A stretch of DNA of 64,000 nucleotides from Trichosphaerium sp. ATCC 40318 (GCA_038496445.1 JALMLS010000268.1:124001-188000); one strand, 5' to 3'; numbered from the stretch's first letter, positions 12,201-29,499 are shown. The notes: generated by a model from the sequence alone, not told the origin. A program made the numbers and translations.

Positions 12201-14369
12201 GTAAAAGTGAGGCGCTGTTGATGAGCTTTTTTCTTTCTGACGCTTTATTTCGAGAACAACTTGCTCACATTGTTGGCTCCACATCAGTTTAAAGTATCCA
12301 ACGAGTCATATACGCCAGTTAAGCTTTGGGATATACCTTGCGCTGATAAATTATTAAAAGAAGACTACTGGGAAAGAGGACTCTGTGACAACGACTTTGA
12401 GTGGCTCACTCTGAGAGAAGATGCTCCTACTCAAGTACGAAAAATGTTTTATTTTGCATGGTTTTACTTACTCTGTTTGTTCTCTAGGTTCTTAAAGAAG
12501 CTTACTTAGTTGTTCGCAATATGTTTTATGATTTTGTTGGTAAAGAAAATAAGAACTACTACCAGTTGACAAAGGTGAAGTACTTTAATAATCCAATATT
12601 GGAAGAAGCTTTCGAGGCAACATACAATGAGTTTGTCAATGGATATCTTCAAAGCACAAATCCAATAAATAATAAGTCCTCAGAGGAAGGTACCCTATTT
12701 ATTTTAATGACATTGTTGTTCATAAAGAGCGATCTAGGAGCAGAAAGCGAGAAGACGAAATGGAAACAATGGTAAACTTTAGTTAAAAAGTGCTTTCTTA
12801 GAATATTCTTATTTTTTTGCTTTCACGTGCATCTATTTACTACTACAACTCATCATTTCTTAAGACTTTTATTATTAATTTAAACTTTTATTAGGATTGC
12901 AGATGAATTGGAAAAACATGTGATGCACGTGTCAGGAAATAAGAACATAAATTGTAATGGAAAAAAAAGTCAAGAAAAAATACAACCTATTGACACTTGT
13001 GTTTTTAGTGATCCTTGGCTGGCATACTGCTTCTGAAGAAGAAAGTCTAAAAATTGCTAGAGAAGGTTTCACAAGACCGAAAACTCTGGGACAAAATGGA
13101 GATTCGGGACAGTTCGGAAAAGGGTGAACATTTTTTTGGTTTTTTTTAAGTTGAACTTGTAAAGCTTACGGGTTTTTATGCAGAATATATTTCACTCAAT
13201 ACGCTGGTTATGGTATGAACTGATTGCCGTATTTTGTCAGTATGCTTACACTTTTAGGTTCAAAATATACAGACAAGAATCAACGGAACAGTATCCCAAC
13301 CGGAGAATCATGTAATGACAACAAAACGAAAATAACTTGTTCTCTAAATAATATACTTAGGTATGCTCCTTTCTTATGTACTTATGGGTAAACCCTATTT
13401 TGTTACTGATGAAAAAATGAAACATGGTAAAAAAGTACGTTTGCCAAGTATAATAACAACAATAATCCGGGTTTTTTTAAAAGAGAAATTATGATTCACA
13501 TTATGCCATTGTTGCTAGTGACGGTAAGACTATATGTAAGCCGCCAAAAAGTCCTCGTGATAAATTTGAAATGGAACCTTCTGGAGATGAGATTGTAGTG
13601 TTTGAGAAAGATCAGGTACTTATCCTCTAAGAAAAAGAAATAAATTTAAAACTAAGAATTCGTCTGCTTTTGTTAATAGGTTTTGCCAAAATTTCTTGTT
13701 TACTACTCACGGACAGGTCATCCAAGAATGAAAGAGCAGGAAGTAAAATGGAGAGATGTTGAGTATTTAATACTTTGGGTACGCCTTAATTGGATTAATC
13801 TGGCGACTAACTGACTGCAAAGTTCGATAAACTTACAGAACCAAATAGCAACTTAATCAAAAAAATTGAATCTAATACGGAACCACGTGTTGCGGTACAA
13901 AATTTCAACTATTGAGTTAATACTTATAAGGTACTTTAAGATTTTGAGAATGACTACACGTACAGAGATACGACTATGGTTACAGGATTATGGCGATAAA
14001 TACGCAGAAAAAATAAAAATAGTATTGAACAAGCTTGACTCAAACACAAATAGTTGTGAGAATATTATAAAGTAAGTACAAATAATTTTTCACATTTAAT
14101 TTATCACGTTAACTAATACACATAGATTAATCCGATCATCAAAAGAAAAATGGAAACATAAGCCTGTTTTGGTTGTAGAAGGTAAGTTTTTTTCTAAGAA
14201 AAATTGTCGGTTAAATAATTGTTTTGTTGCAGAGCGACCTGAACTTCAGAAGCATTTAGAAAATTATAATAACGTATATGTAAGTAAAGGTAGTGATGCT
14301 ATAGAACAATTTTGTTTAAAGAAACCTGAGACAACCTTCAAAACACTCATCACCAATTTATTCGCGTGA
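9287..14369 (+). CDS. Roco-type protein: LRR - ROC GTPase - COR-like - PARP-type ADP-ribosyltransferase - receiver-like domain
   Basis: RI-type LRR exons (NAIGDHGCQELSQLL, NFIGNDGCQALAEAL); G1 GHGGAGKTT, G2 STIGID, G3 YDFGGQ, G4 GSKSD; COR-like ALEFWNQHGHIMF and FIFPGLRP; ART motifs GWHTASEE, QFGKGIYFT, LLSYVLMGKPY, YDSH, GDEIVVFEKDQVLPKFLVYY; C-terminal LILWFD...PVLVV; TGA at 14367-14369. Confidence 0.85.
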
Positions 14370-14572
14370 AACAAAAAGAAAAAAAAAAGAAAAACAGTGT
14401 AAATAACATAAAACTCACCAAAATTATGATTGGAATCATAAAACGTCTTATTTAAATACAAGGCTCTAACACCAAAAGTCACTTTTTTCAGAAAGCGATT
14501 TTTTAGAAACCACGTGCCTCATACAAAATAAAACGTGCGCTCAAGTTTTTTGTTGTTATTAACTTACATGTT

Positions 14573-18515
<3,943 letters not shown>

Positions 18516-18845
18516 TTGTAGTTAGGCTACAAATAGCGTTCAGTGTCAGTCGTTGAGTGACAGATTGTAAAATGTCCAGGTCAACTTTGGTTTTTTGTCC
18601 GAAATAGTTAATTTTTTCTTCTCATGTTTTCGAGCTGGTTTGTGAGCACAGGTAACCCTACTAAAGTATGCAAGCTATCGTATTGGTACATCCTTGTGGA
18701 GTACTTTGTGTGGCGGTAACTGGAAAAAGTCACGTGTTTGCTACTAAGCGAGAGTTACCTTTTAAAAAGTAGCTTAAATATTGAATTGAAATAACGTTGT
18801 TTCAAGGTCGACAAACTTAGCCAAATTTATTTGTTCACACGATTT

Positions 18846-20357
18846 CTAGTTGTCTACTAATAGTTCTACAACACATTCAAATGGTGGACTAATTTCAAAA
18901 TCTTTTCCATGTGAAACACAACATGTGTCTTGGTAATGGGCAAAGTGTACTTGTTCTGGATCCATGAAGCAATCACCAGGAGCGAACTTTATCATATAGG
19001 GAATACGCAATATGTCATTAACATGCTGCGGAAACGCAAATAGTCTAGTATGTTGGTCGTCCCTCACATTTCTAAACTTCCTACAATCCAATTAACTTAA
19101 CTAACATAACATCTCTATACCATATTTCACCAGTACTGTACCGATATGTCACACTGATACCTTCAATAACTTTGAACGTAATGTGAGTTGCCGTAGTTTT
19201 ACCTTCACACGGTGGTTTTGGTGGACGATCCCTATTAAAAACAGTTAAACATAGAGTTGTGTACATACATCTTGTACACTTCAAATCCATACAACTGTTT
19301 GTGTAGACTATCAGATATATCGGATTCAGATCTAACAACAAGACAATGTATATCGGGGAAATACCCTGAGCACATATCTCCCCATTTTGATATCCACCAA
19401 CAGTTTTCTTCACATTCTCGTCTCCACAAGTAGCAAGCAAAAACACAAGGTAAACTTGATTCAATCTTCTTTGCCAATTCATAGTGCTTGGCCATACCTT
19501 GAACAATAATTAGCGTATAGTATAGTAATGTAACAAGTATGTCATACAAGCAAGTATCCACAAATCCGCTGAAGAATCCACATAGGGATCAATGTCATCA
19601 GAGCCTTCTTGGTAGTGTTTCCACATTAGATTTAAAACATCATGCTGCACAATTATTTGGACTTTCTTGTCAATGCAGTGTTGAATCCATTTTGATGTTG
19701 TTTCAAGGTGTTTCAACAAGTGTTTTAATACAGAAATACAATTATTTTGTATTTTAATCTCCATTAGTTGTTCGAAAGAAGCAACAGAAATAATTTGTCT
19801 TTGCAGTGTTTTGGCAATTGTATCATCTCCAACCTTGAAAGTATCAATTCCATAACAAGGTGTTCAACTTACCGTATATAATGATTCAAGTACTTTTAAG
19901 AAAACTCCAACATTACTACTTTCAATATGCTTCAAAGCCAATTTGGGATCACGATTTGAAAGAAAGTTGAGCATTGCCAAAACAGACTCCTTGGTCTCAT
20001 GTGATCGAATGATATAATCAAAAGCACCACCAGTGACATCTTTTAACATGTTGTTAAGGTGCCTACAATGTGTGTAAATACATAGCAAGAGATAAAAGGT
20101 ACTTACTTTGAGTTTAAGCATAGCAGTGCTTTTGATGCCTTAACAACCATGAGTGTATCGCTATTATCGTTTTTAATAAGTATTAGCAAATCGCATATAT
20201 GCTCATAATCACTGAGAGAAGGTAAATAGGTAGTAGCAATACTACAAAGCAGTTAGGTACAACATTAACAAGTTTCTTGCTCAATCTTTGGTTTTTTGTC
20301 TGCTTTTATGCACTCCTGTTTGACTACACGTTTTCTCTTTCTTGCAGTGGATGCCAT
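18846..20357 (-). CDS. BTB/POZ-like domain protein, paralog 1
   Basis: MASTARKRKR (NLS-like); spliced CDLLILI...VVKASKALLCLNS.HLNNML (BTB-like) then ESVLAMLNFL; same exon structure as paralogs 2-4; ends ISPPFECVVELLVDN. Confidence 0.7.
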
Positions 20358-21163
20358 TGCCGATATAAATTTATAAACTGGTTAAGTACCCTCGATACTT
20401 GAGAATAAGTAGAGAAAAGCACTCAAGTTTCTAGATTGTTCATAGCCACATGTGAACATTTACAACGTTTAAAAGTCTTGTTGTTGTTTACACGTGTGAT
20501 TGTCTATAAATCTATCGAACAAATACAAATTAGGAAAGCACGTGCCACAAGCTTGTTGCGATAGCTCAAAAAGTATTTTAACAATAGCGCTGGTGTTGTA
20601 GTATATGAGGAACCTCATTTTTTGGTAGATTCACACCAGGGAGTTATCTTTGATTGCGCCTACAACTCCAGTACTCAAAACGTTGACGTTTTGAGCACAA
20701 GTTTTTACAAAAATAGAACTGTGATTCCACAGAAATATTTACAACCTTTTTCTTCCCCAAAACGTTATCGTTTTGGAGCAACTTTTGATTAGACTTTTTG
20801 CTAATATTCTTTAAAAAACCTCTTCACTAGCCATCTAACAGAACGATTATGGGCCATTGGAAGGACAACAGACTTCTTGATGGCTAGTACAGCGCTTTGA
20901 AGTAGTATAAAGAAAAAAAGTTCACAAGAAATTTGGCCTTACGAGAGGTAGGTTTTGTTTTGGATTGAGGGTGATTCAGTATGGGGTACTAATTCAATTA
21001 ATACAACCATGGTACAAGGCCGAAGTGGATTGCTTTTGATGTTAGTCACATTAATGGAGTTGAGTGTCCTCCGTTGAGTTTCTTTAGTTTCGATTTCCAA
21101 ACCGTTTTATTTGTTCATTATTAAGTTCCTCAAGGCACTTAACCAAGGAAAAGTACAAAAGTA

Positions 21164-22736
21164 ATGGCAACACCTGCTACTACCGCGTCAAAGAGAAAAC
21201 GTAGAATTAACCCAGAGTGCTTGAAAGCGGACAAAAAACAAAAGATAGAGCAAGAACATGAACAAACGTACAAATTACCTCTTAACGTTGCCTAAAATGC
21301 TGTACTAGTGATGATTCTATCTCTTTGCCTTGTCTAGCAGAGTATCAACATTTATGTGATGTGTTTATAAACATTAAAAAAGGAGATAGTGATACACTCG
21401 TGGTTGTTAAGGCATCAAAAGTGATGCTTTCCTTAAACTCAAAGTAATATTTGGCATTACACGATTTCACCCACTCACTCATTGTAGGCACTTTAACAAC
21501 ATGTTAAAAGATGTAACTTGTGGTGCTTGTGATTATATCATTCGATCACATGAGACCAAGGAGTCTGTTTTGGCAATGCTCAACTTTCTTTCAAATCGTG
21601 ATCCCAAAATGGCTTTGAACAATGTCACAAGTGATAATGTTGGAGTTTTCTTAAAAGTACTTGAAACGTTATATACGGTAAGTTGAACATACGGCATGTT
21701 ATGGAATTGATACTTTCAAGGTTGGGGATGATACAATTGCCAAAATACTGCAAAGACAAATTATTTCTGTAGCCTCTTTTGAACAACTTACGCAGATTAA
21801 CATACGAACTAATATCCCAACTTGTATTTCTGTATTAATTCATCTGCGTAAACACCACTTAACAACGTCAAAATGGATTCAACATTGCATTGATAAGAAA
21901 GTCCAAATAGGAGTGCAGCGTGATATTTTAAACTTGATGTGGATACACTACCAAAAAGGTTCAGATAACTTTAATCCATACATTGATTCTTCGGCTGATT
22001 TGTGGATACTTACTTGTATGTCCTACTTATTACATTTATGCGCTTATTATTGTTCAAGGTATGGCCAAGCACTATGAATTGGCAAAGAAGATTGAATCAA
22101 GTTTGCCTTGTGTCTTTGCTTGCTACTTGTGGCGACATGGATATGAACGAAGATGTTGGTGGATATCAATATGGGGTAAAATGTGCTCAAGTTATTTTCC
22201 ACATATACAAACGCTTAAGTGTAGATCTGAATCTGACATATCTGATAGCATGTACAAACTATTGTACAAAAAGAAACAAATGTAAGCAAGTGTATGAGCA
22301 GCATGCACACTTCTATATTTAACTGGTTTTTAATAGCAATCGCCCACCAAAACCACCACGCCAAGGTAAAACAAGTACAGTCAATATTAAATTGGACATA
22401 CAAGGGTATAACCTACTAACAACTTACTGTGCTGGAGAACTATGGTAAGGCTTTAACATTCCACTTTGTTGATTTTTTAATAGGGACTTGCATGTTAAGC
22501 AACGTGCAAACCAAACAAAGGTTTATTTGTTTCCAAAACATGTTAGTGATATTTTACGTGTACCATACACAGTTAAATTTCATCCTAATAATTGTAAAGC
22601 TTCAGGAAAAGGTGGCATTTGCTTCTTCTACCAACCTGACAAAGATGGTGTAGTAAATTATTATGTGAGAAATTCCAAGACATTTGCAATTAGTCCTCCA
22701 TTTGAATGTGTTGTAGAAATAACAGTAGACAACTAA
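21164..22736 (+). CDS. BTB/POZ-like domain protein, paralog 2
   Basis: MATPATTASKRKRR; EYQHLCDVFINIK...VVKASKVMLSLNSKHFNNML; conserved GT-AG introns; ends ISPPFECVVEITVDN. Confidence 0.7.
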
Positions 22737-23359
22737 TTAAGAACACATTCAATAAATCAAACATCATTGTAAATGTGCTCTTGTCCGCCAGCTAGACTTG
22801 CTATAATTAGAGACCACATAACAATTTCATAAACATGAAGTTTTTTACTTGACCAAAATAAAGAATGCACGAAACCGAAGTGCATAGGCAACGCTATTTA
22901 ATGGGATGCGGCGGCATCGAAACATAAAAAATGAGAAAATAAAGCGAAAATCTCATGCTATGTATCTCGTTCAAGTGGTGGTAGCAGGTTGTCAAGTATT
23001 CTGTGGGAATAGTCTTGGCCTTATTTCATACATTTTTATTAATTTCAATAGTGTCTCGATACCAAAGCCAGTATGAAACCAGTTGTATCCTCCTTATCAG
23101 TTATTGCTTACAAACGTATACGTGTGAATCAATTAATTGTGAAGCACCAAGCCTGAATACCACAATAAGATCTTGCAGGCTGAACGTACATCAACAAGAT
23201 ATAAACAACGTGTTGAGCCAAAGTTGTAGTTAGACAACTTTTCGCTAGCTATCTGACAGAACTACGCCCTATTAGGAGCAAAGACAACCTTTTAGAGGCT
23301 ATTATAACGAGCTGAGGTTGTTGTATAAAGAAGGAACAAATAGTACTCAAGAATATTTG

Positions 23360-23866
23360 TAGCGATTCGACGTCGAATCGCTAGAGGCACTTAACTTCCA
23401 CTCTTAAGGCAGTATAGCGATTCGACGTCGAAGTCGAATCGCCGGAAGCACTTAATTGCACCAGTATGTCAGACTTAACGCAATTCTACCAATGTCTGAC
23501 TTGCCTGTGCAGAATCACTGAAGGTACTTTCACAAACGTTTCCAGTGAACATCATTGATATGAATAGGCGCTAAAAATCAACATCATACGCACTGGATGG
23601 TTTGTAGGTGTACTTTTTGGTAAAGAAGTAAGTGCTCTTTTTTTTACTCAGCAATGGAAAAAAAACTACAGCATGCGCATTCTCGTCCAAAAAACGTTTA
23701 AATCGTATCACTATGCTGTAGTCACTGTAAAAGAATGAGCAACCATAGAATCACTGGAGGTACTTAACTGCTTCCACTCTTAAGGGAGTATAGCGATTCT
23801 ACGTAGAATCGATAGACTGCCTTATGGTACAATTAAGTGTTTCTAGCGATTCGACGTCGAATCGAC
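23360..23866. repeat. Cluster of four palindromic hairpin units with inverted-repeat flanks (possible MITE/non-autonomous element)
   Basis: Perfect 24-bp palindrome TAGCGATTCGACGTCGAATCGCTA at 23360-23383; variants at about 23415, 23791 and 23844; flank CACTTAATTG(C/T)ACCA appears in inverted orientation at about 23449 and 23825. Confidence 0.75.
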
Positions 23867-24296
23867 ACTGATTTTTTGGTTATTTTTGCATCGTTCTATT
23901 TAGAATAGCCGCCTTGTAGAGACACGGATGAACAAGTAGTAGTGTCGTTTAACCGGTTTAAGCTACGACTGGCAAACTGTTATTGTTTTGTAGCCGTGCT
24001 CAAAAAAAAAATCAGTGAACCCAACAAAAATAGTAGACACGTGATTAATTGTAAACAAAAGAATTGAAATAAACACTATAAAGTGCACTCCTCGGCAAGA
24101 ATTTATTGCAATAGGGCCCCTCAGCACGTTGTACATGACTATTAATTCTTAATGGTTTTTGGTTTTGCGATAAATATTGCTTGAGTCTGCTCGTAAAAAG
24201 GAATCAGTTCTGAATGCAAAATTGTTTTGCAATTGTGTTCTGCAGTTTTTCCCAAAGGCCTTAATCTGGTTAAGAAACAAAGCTACTACATCGACA

Positions 24297-25832
24297 ATGG
24301 CAACTCCCGCCACAACAAAAAGAAAACGTATCATCGTGCAAGAGGACATAAAGCAAGACAAAAAACAAAAGATTGACATAGAAGATACACACATGTACAA
24401 ATTACCCTTCCTCGTGTTACATAACATTCTTTACTAGCGCTTCTTGTACCTCTTTGCCTTGTCTCGCAGAGTATCAACATTTATGTGATGTGTTTATAAA
24501 CATTAAAAATGGAGATAGCGATACACTTGTGGTTGTTAAGGCATCAAAAGTGATGCTTTCCTTAAACTCAAAGTAATATTCAACAACACGATTTCACCCA
24601 CTCACTCATTGTAGGCACTTTAACAACATGTTAAAAGATGTCACTGGTGGTGTTTGTGATTATATCATTCGATCACATGAGACCAAGGAGTCTGTTTTGG
24701 CAATGCTCAACTTTCTTTCAAATCGTGATCCCAAAATGGCTTTGAACAATGTCACAAGTAATAATGTTGGAGTTTTCTTAAAAGTACTTGAAACATTATA
24801 TACGGTAAGTTGAATGTCTTGTTATGGAATTGATACTTTCAAGGTTGGAGATGATACAATTGCCAAAACACTGCAAAAGAGAATTATTTCTGTTGCTTCT
24901 TTTGAAGTGCTGTTGCATATAAAAATACGAAGCATGACAACATGTATTTCTGTATTAACTCATCTGCTTGAACACATTGTAACAACTTCAAAATGGATTC
25001 AACACTGCATTGACAAGAAAGTCCAAATAAGGGTACAACATGATGTGTTAAACCTGATGTGGAAACACTACCAAGAAGACTCAGATTTTGTTCCATACAT
25101 TGATTCTTCAGCGGATTTGTGGATACTTGCTTGTATGACATACTTGTTACATTACTATACTATACGCTTATTATTGTTCAAGGTATGGCCAAGCACTATG
25201 AATTGGCAAAGAAGATTGAATCAAGTTTGCCTTGTGTTTTTGCTTGCTACTTGTGGAAACGAGAATGTGAAGAATACTGTTGGTGGATATCAATATGGGG
25301 GAAAATGTGCTCAACCTATTTCCCTAACATGGAGAACCTTATTTCTAGATCTGAATCAGACATATCTGATAGTTTACACAAACTATTGTATAGGATAAAA
25401 GTGTACAAGATGCAAACACAACTCTATGTTTAACTGTTTTTACCTATAGGAATCGCCCACCAAAACCGCCATCTGCAGGTAAAACACATACAACATGTAT
25501 TGATTTCCAAATAGACAGCTACGACACACTAAAAACATATATTACTGGAGAATTATGGTAAAGCCACATACAAAATTATTCGTTGATTGTTTAATAGGAA
25601 TCTGTGTCTCAAAAACGAAGAAAACCAAACTAGAATATATCTGTTTCCAGTACACACAAATGATATTTTACGTGTTCCTTACATGGTTAAATTCTTGCCT
25701 GAAAACTGCAAGGCTTCAGCAAAAGGAGGAATTCACTTTTATCACAAGCCTAAATGCTATGTTCAACATGCAAGTACATTTGCAATTAGTCCTCCATTCA
25801 GATGTGTTGTAGAATTATCAGTTGACAACTAA
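24297..25832 (+). CDS. BTB/POZ-like domain protein, paralog 3
   Basis: MATPATTKRKR; exons 2-3 nearly identical to paralog 2; ends ISPPFRCVVELSVDN. Confidence 0.7.
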
Positions 25833-26302
25833 CGAACAATCAATAAATCAAACATCATTTAACACAAAGTCCTTTTCAATCAAAAGTAGTGAAAGTAAAA
25901 GCTACAACCCATGAGATCGATTTACAGTGGGTTGATGCTTTCATCCGTCACATAATCACTGGCCGAGTGATAGAAATGTGTACTGAAAGTGAAAACACAC
26001 CTGTTGACAATAGTTATTGTAATACCCTAGAACACTGTACTCTCCATTGTTAGGAGGCACTTTTGGACATGCTAGATCGCATTTCATCAGTGTAGTTTGC
26101 GAAAGAAATCTTAGAAAACTGAAAATTGGTTGGGAGAAAAATGAGAAAACAAAACCCACGTGATCAAGTAGCGGTTTGTTATATTTTTGCGCTAGTTGCT
26201 CAAAAAAATAACTGTAGCTGGGCTACTGCCGCAAGTGCCATCTTTTAAAGAGGTTCACATTTTCAACCGCTTTGTTGGTTAACGTCAAAAAAACCAACAA
26301 CA

Positions 26303-27850
26303 ATGACAACGGCTCCTACACGAGCGAAAAGAAAACGTGCAGGAAAGAAAGGAAACGTGAAAGCAGAAAAAAAACAAAAGATAGAGCAGGAACAACCGTA
26401 CTAACTACCTTTTGTAATATCGCCCTTAAATTGCTGCTAGTACTACACTTGACACCGTCTCTTTACCGTGTCTTGCAGAGTATGACCACTTGTGCGACAT
26501 TTTAATAGCTCTCAATAAAAGCGATGGTGCTCGCCTTGCAGTTGTTAAAGCATCTACAGCGATGCTGTCCCTAAACTCAAAGTAACCAACCCACGTGTTT
26601 TACTGTATTTGACTGCATTTTAGGTACTTTAACAATTCATTAAAAGATGTTGCCGGAGGAGCTTTTGATTATATCCTAAAAACCCATGAAACGGAGGAGT
26701 CTGTTTTGGCGCTATTGAACTTTCTTTCGAATCGAGACCGAAGGGATGCCTTGAAAAGCGTTAAAAGAACTAACACTAAAATTTTCTTAAAAGTACTTGA
26801 AACTTTGTACATGGTAAGTTAGACAAAATTATTATTGTACCAGTAATTATCATCATAGATTGGGGATGACACAATCGCCAAACCACTACAAAGACAAATT
26901 ATTTTGGTGTCGTCTTTTGAACAGCTCACGCAAATCAAAATACAAGGGAAACTTGCAACTTGTAAGCTCGTATTAACTCACCTGCTTGAACACTACGATA
27001 CAACTACAGAATGGATTCAACACTGCCTCAACAAGAAAGTCCAAATAAGAGTACAACATGATGTTTTAAACCTGATGTGGAAACACTACCAAGAAGGTTC
27101 GGATAACTTTAATCCGTACATTGATTCTTCGGCTGATTTGTGGATACTTGCTTGTAAGTACTACTTGTTACATTACTATACTATACGCTTATTATTGTTC
27201 AAGGTATGGCCAAGCACTATGAATTGGCAAAGAAGATTGAATCAAGTTTGCCTTGTGTTTTTGCTTGCTACTTGTGGAGACGACAATGTGAAGGAAACTG
27301 TTGGTGGATATCAAGATGGGGGAAAATGTGCTCAACATATTTCCCTAACATGGAAAACCTTATTTCTAGATCTGAATCAGACATATCTGATAGTGTACAC
27401 AAACTATTATATAGGATAAAAGTGTACGATGTATGTACACAACTCTATGTTTAACTGTACTTAATAGGAATCGCCCACCAAAACCACCATGTGAAGGTAA
27501 AACACGTACAACAAGTATTGACTTCCAGATAGACAGCTACGACACACTAGAAACATATAGCACTGGAGAATTATGGTAAAGCCACATAAACAATTATTTG
27601 TTGATTGTTTAATAGGGGTTTGTGTCTTGATAAAGAAGAAAGCCACACTATGATATATCTGTTTCCAGTACACACAAATGATATTTTACGTGTTCCTTAC
27701 ATGGTTAAATTCTTGCCTGATAACTGCAACGCTTCAGCAAAAGGAGGAATTCACTTGTATCACAAGCCGAAAAGCTATGTTCGAAACGGAAAGACATTTG
27801 CAATTAGTCCTCCATTCATGTGTGTTGTAGAATTATCAGTTGACAACTAA
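26303..27850 (+). CDS. BTB/POZ-like domain protein, paralog 4
   Basis: MTTAPTRAKRKR; EYDHLCDILIAL...VVKASTAMLSLNSKYFNNSL; 3' half nearly identical to paralog 3; ends ISPPFMCVVELSVDN. Confidence 0.7.
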
Positions 27851-27961
27851 CGAACAATCAATAAATCAAACATCATTTCATCTCAAACACAATTGAATGT
27901 CAATTACTTTTTAATCTAACAGAAGTTTTATCTAACAAAACAGCTTACAATTAATACCAAG

Positions 27962-29499
27962 TTAGACAACTGTAAACATGTTAATCCCCTGAGAACTCAA
28001 AACACAACTATCACCAAGTGCTTTAATACCTTCAGATGTTATTTTATCACAACCTCTTATGTTAACATGGCGAGCACCTACAATATAACTTATACCTACA
28101 TCTGTAATCTCCCTACATCTGTTAAGGGTTATATCAAAAACACCACCAAGTTGAGATAAACCTTCATCCGTAATAGAAGTTAATCCTGTCAAATCAATCT
28201 TCTTAACACCTCCCAAAGCCTTCAACCCTCTATCAGTTACATTACAACCTTTAATACCAATGGAATATACTCCAGCAAGCTCTATAATGCCATCATCTGT
28301 TACTTTGGTACCAGTAAGGGAGATGGTGTGTACACCCTTTAATGCTTTGATACCCACATCCGTTACTTTGGAGCAAAGAGATAAGTCTATTTCATGAACA
28401 CCAGCCAAGGCTTGAACAGCCTTATCATTGACTTTACTACAACCAAATAGATTTATAGTATGGACACCAGCAAGACATTCAATAACACTAGGCTCAATCG
28501 ATTCAAAGTCACAAAGATCAATAGTGTGAACTCCAGCAAAAGCGGCAAAACCGCATCCTTTAAAATTAGGACAGTCTTGAATCGAAAAATACTTAATGCC
28601 AGTTAAGTGCTTGCTGAATTCTTCATTAACCTTCAGCTCCGATAAATGAAGTGAATGTATACCTGCAAGTGCTTCAAAGCCGTATCCTTTGATTAGGGAG
28701 TTTTGTGTGCACATCAAGGAGTGAACACCAGCAAGACATTCAATACCTTTATCTGTAATTTTATGACAACTGATCATCTCTATTGTATGTACACCTGCAA
28801 TGTAAGACAAGCCTTGGTCTGTAATAGAACAATGTCTCATACTAATAGTATGAATACCTTCTAATGCCTTAAGTATTTCATCATTCGCTTGATAATTACT
28901 AAGGTTTATAGTATGTATACCTCGAAGAAAATGTAAATATTCACTTGGGAGACGGTAATAACTAGACTCCAAATCAAGGTACTTAACACCTGCCACGTGT
29001 TTTAACCAATCAACAGGTGGTTTGGAATTATCAATAGCAAGAGACTTTACACCTTTTAATAGCTTGAAGACATCAGCAGTGAGTCCGCTACAACCTCTAA
29101 TGTGAAGTGTTTTCGCTGTTGGGAATAATGCTATTGCTTCGTTTGTTATGAGCCTACAGTTTGTCATATCGATGTGTTGGGCTCCAGCAAGAGGTATTAG
29201 ATCTTTATCAGTTACTTTCAAGTACTTGCAAACGATTAGAGAGTGTTTAAGGATATTTTCGTATTTAGATATTGCAGCGATGTGTTCTTTATTTCTAATG
29301 GTTACTGTTGCGTATGTTGTAACGTGGTGTATAATATCCGCCAACATAGTACACGTTTGAGCAACGCTAAATTTAGAATGCTGTAGAAACGAGAATATTG
29401 TTCCTAAGACCTCTGGTGGCATCGAACAAAGTGAAATACTAGGCGTAAAACGTCAAACACAAAAAAAAATTGTTATGTGCCCTTATCTTACCTCTCCAT
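27962..29499 (-). CDS. F-box/LRR-repeat protein
   Basis: Short first exon (ATG at 29499, then gtaag donor); F-box LCSMPPEVLGTIFSFL...VAQTC; many LxGVHTIxLxxCxxITDxGI repeats in a single exon. Confidence 0.85.

Noticed and set aside
23360-23866. CRISPR array
   Set aside because: Repeats are irregularly spaced, flanks are repeated rather than unique spacers, there are no cas genes, and the context is eukaryotic.
18846-27850. Programmed frameshifting or overlapping ORFs in the repeated genes
   Set aside because: The frame changes are explained by short GT-AG introns conserved among the four copies.
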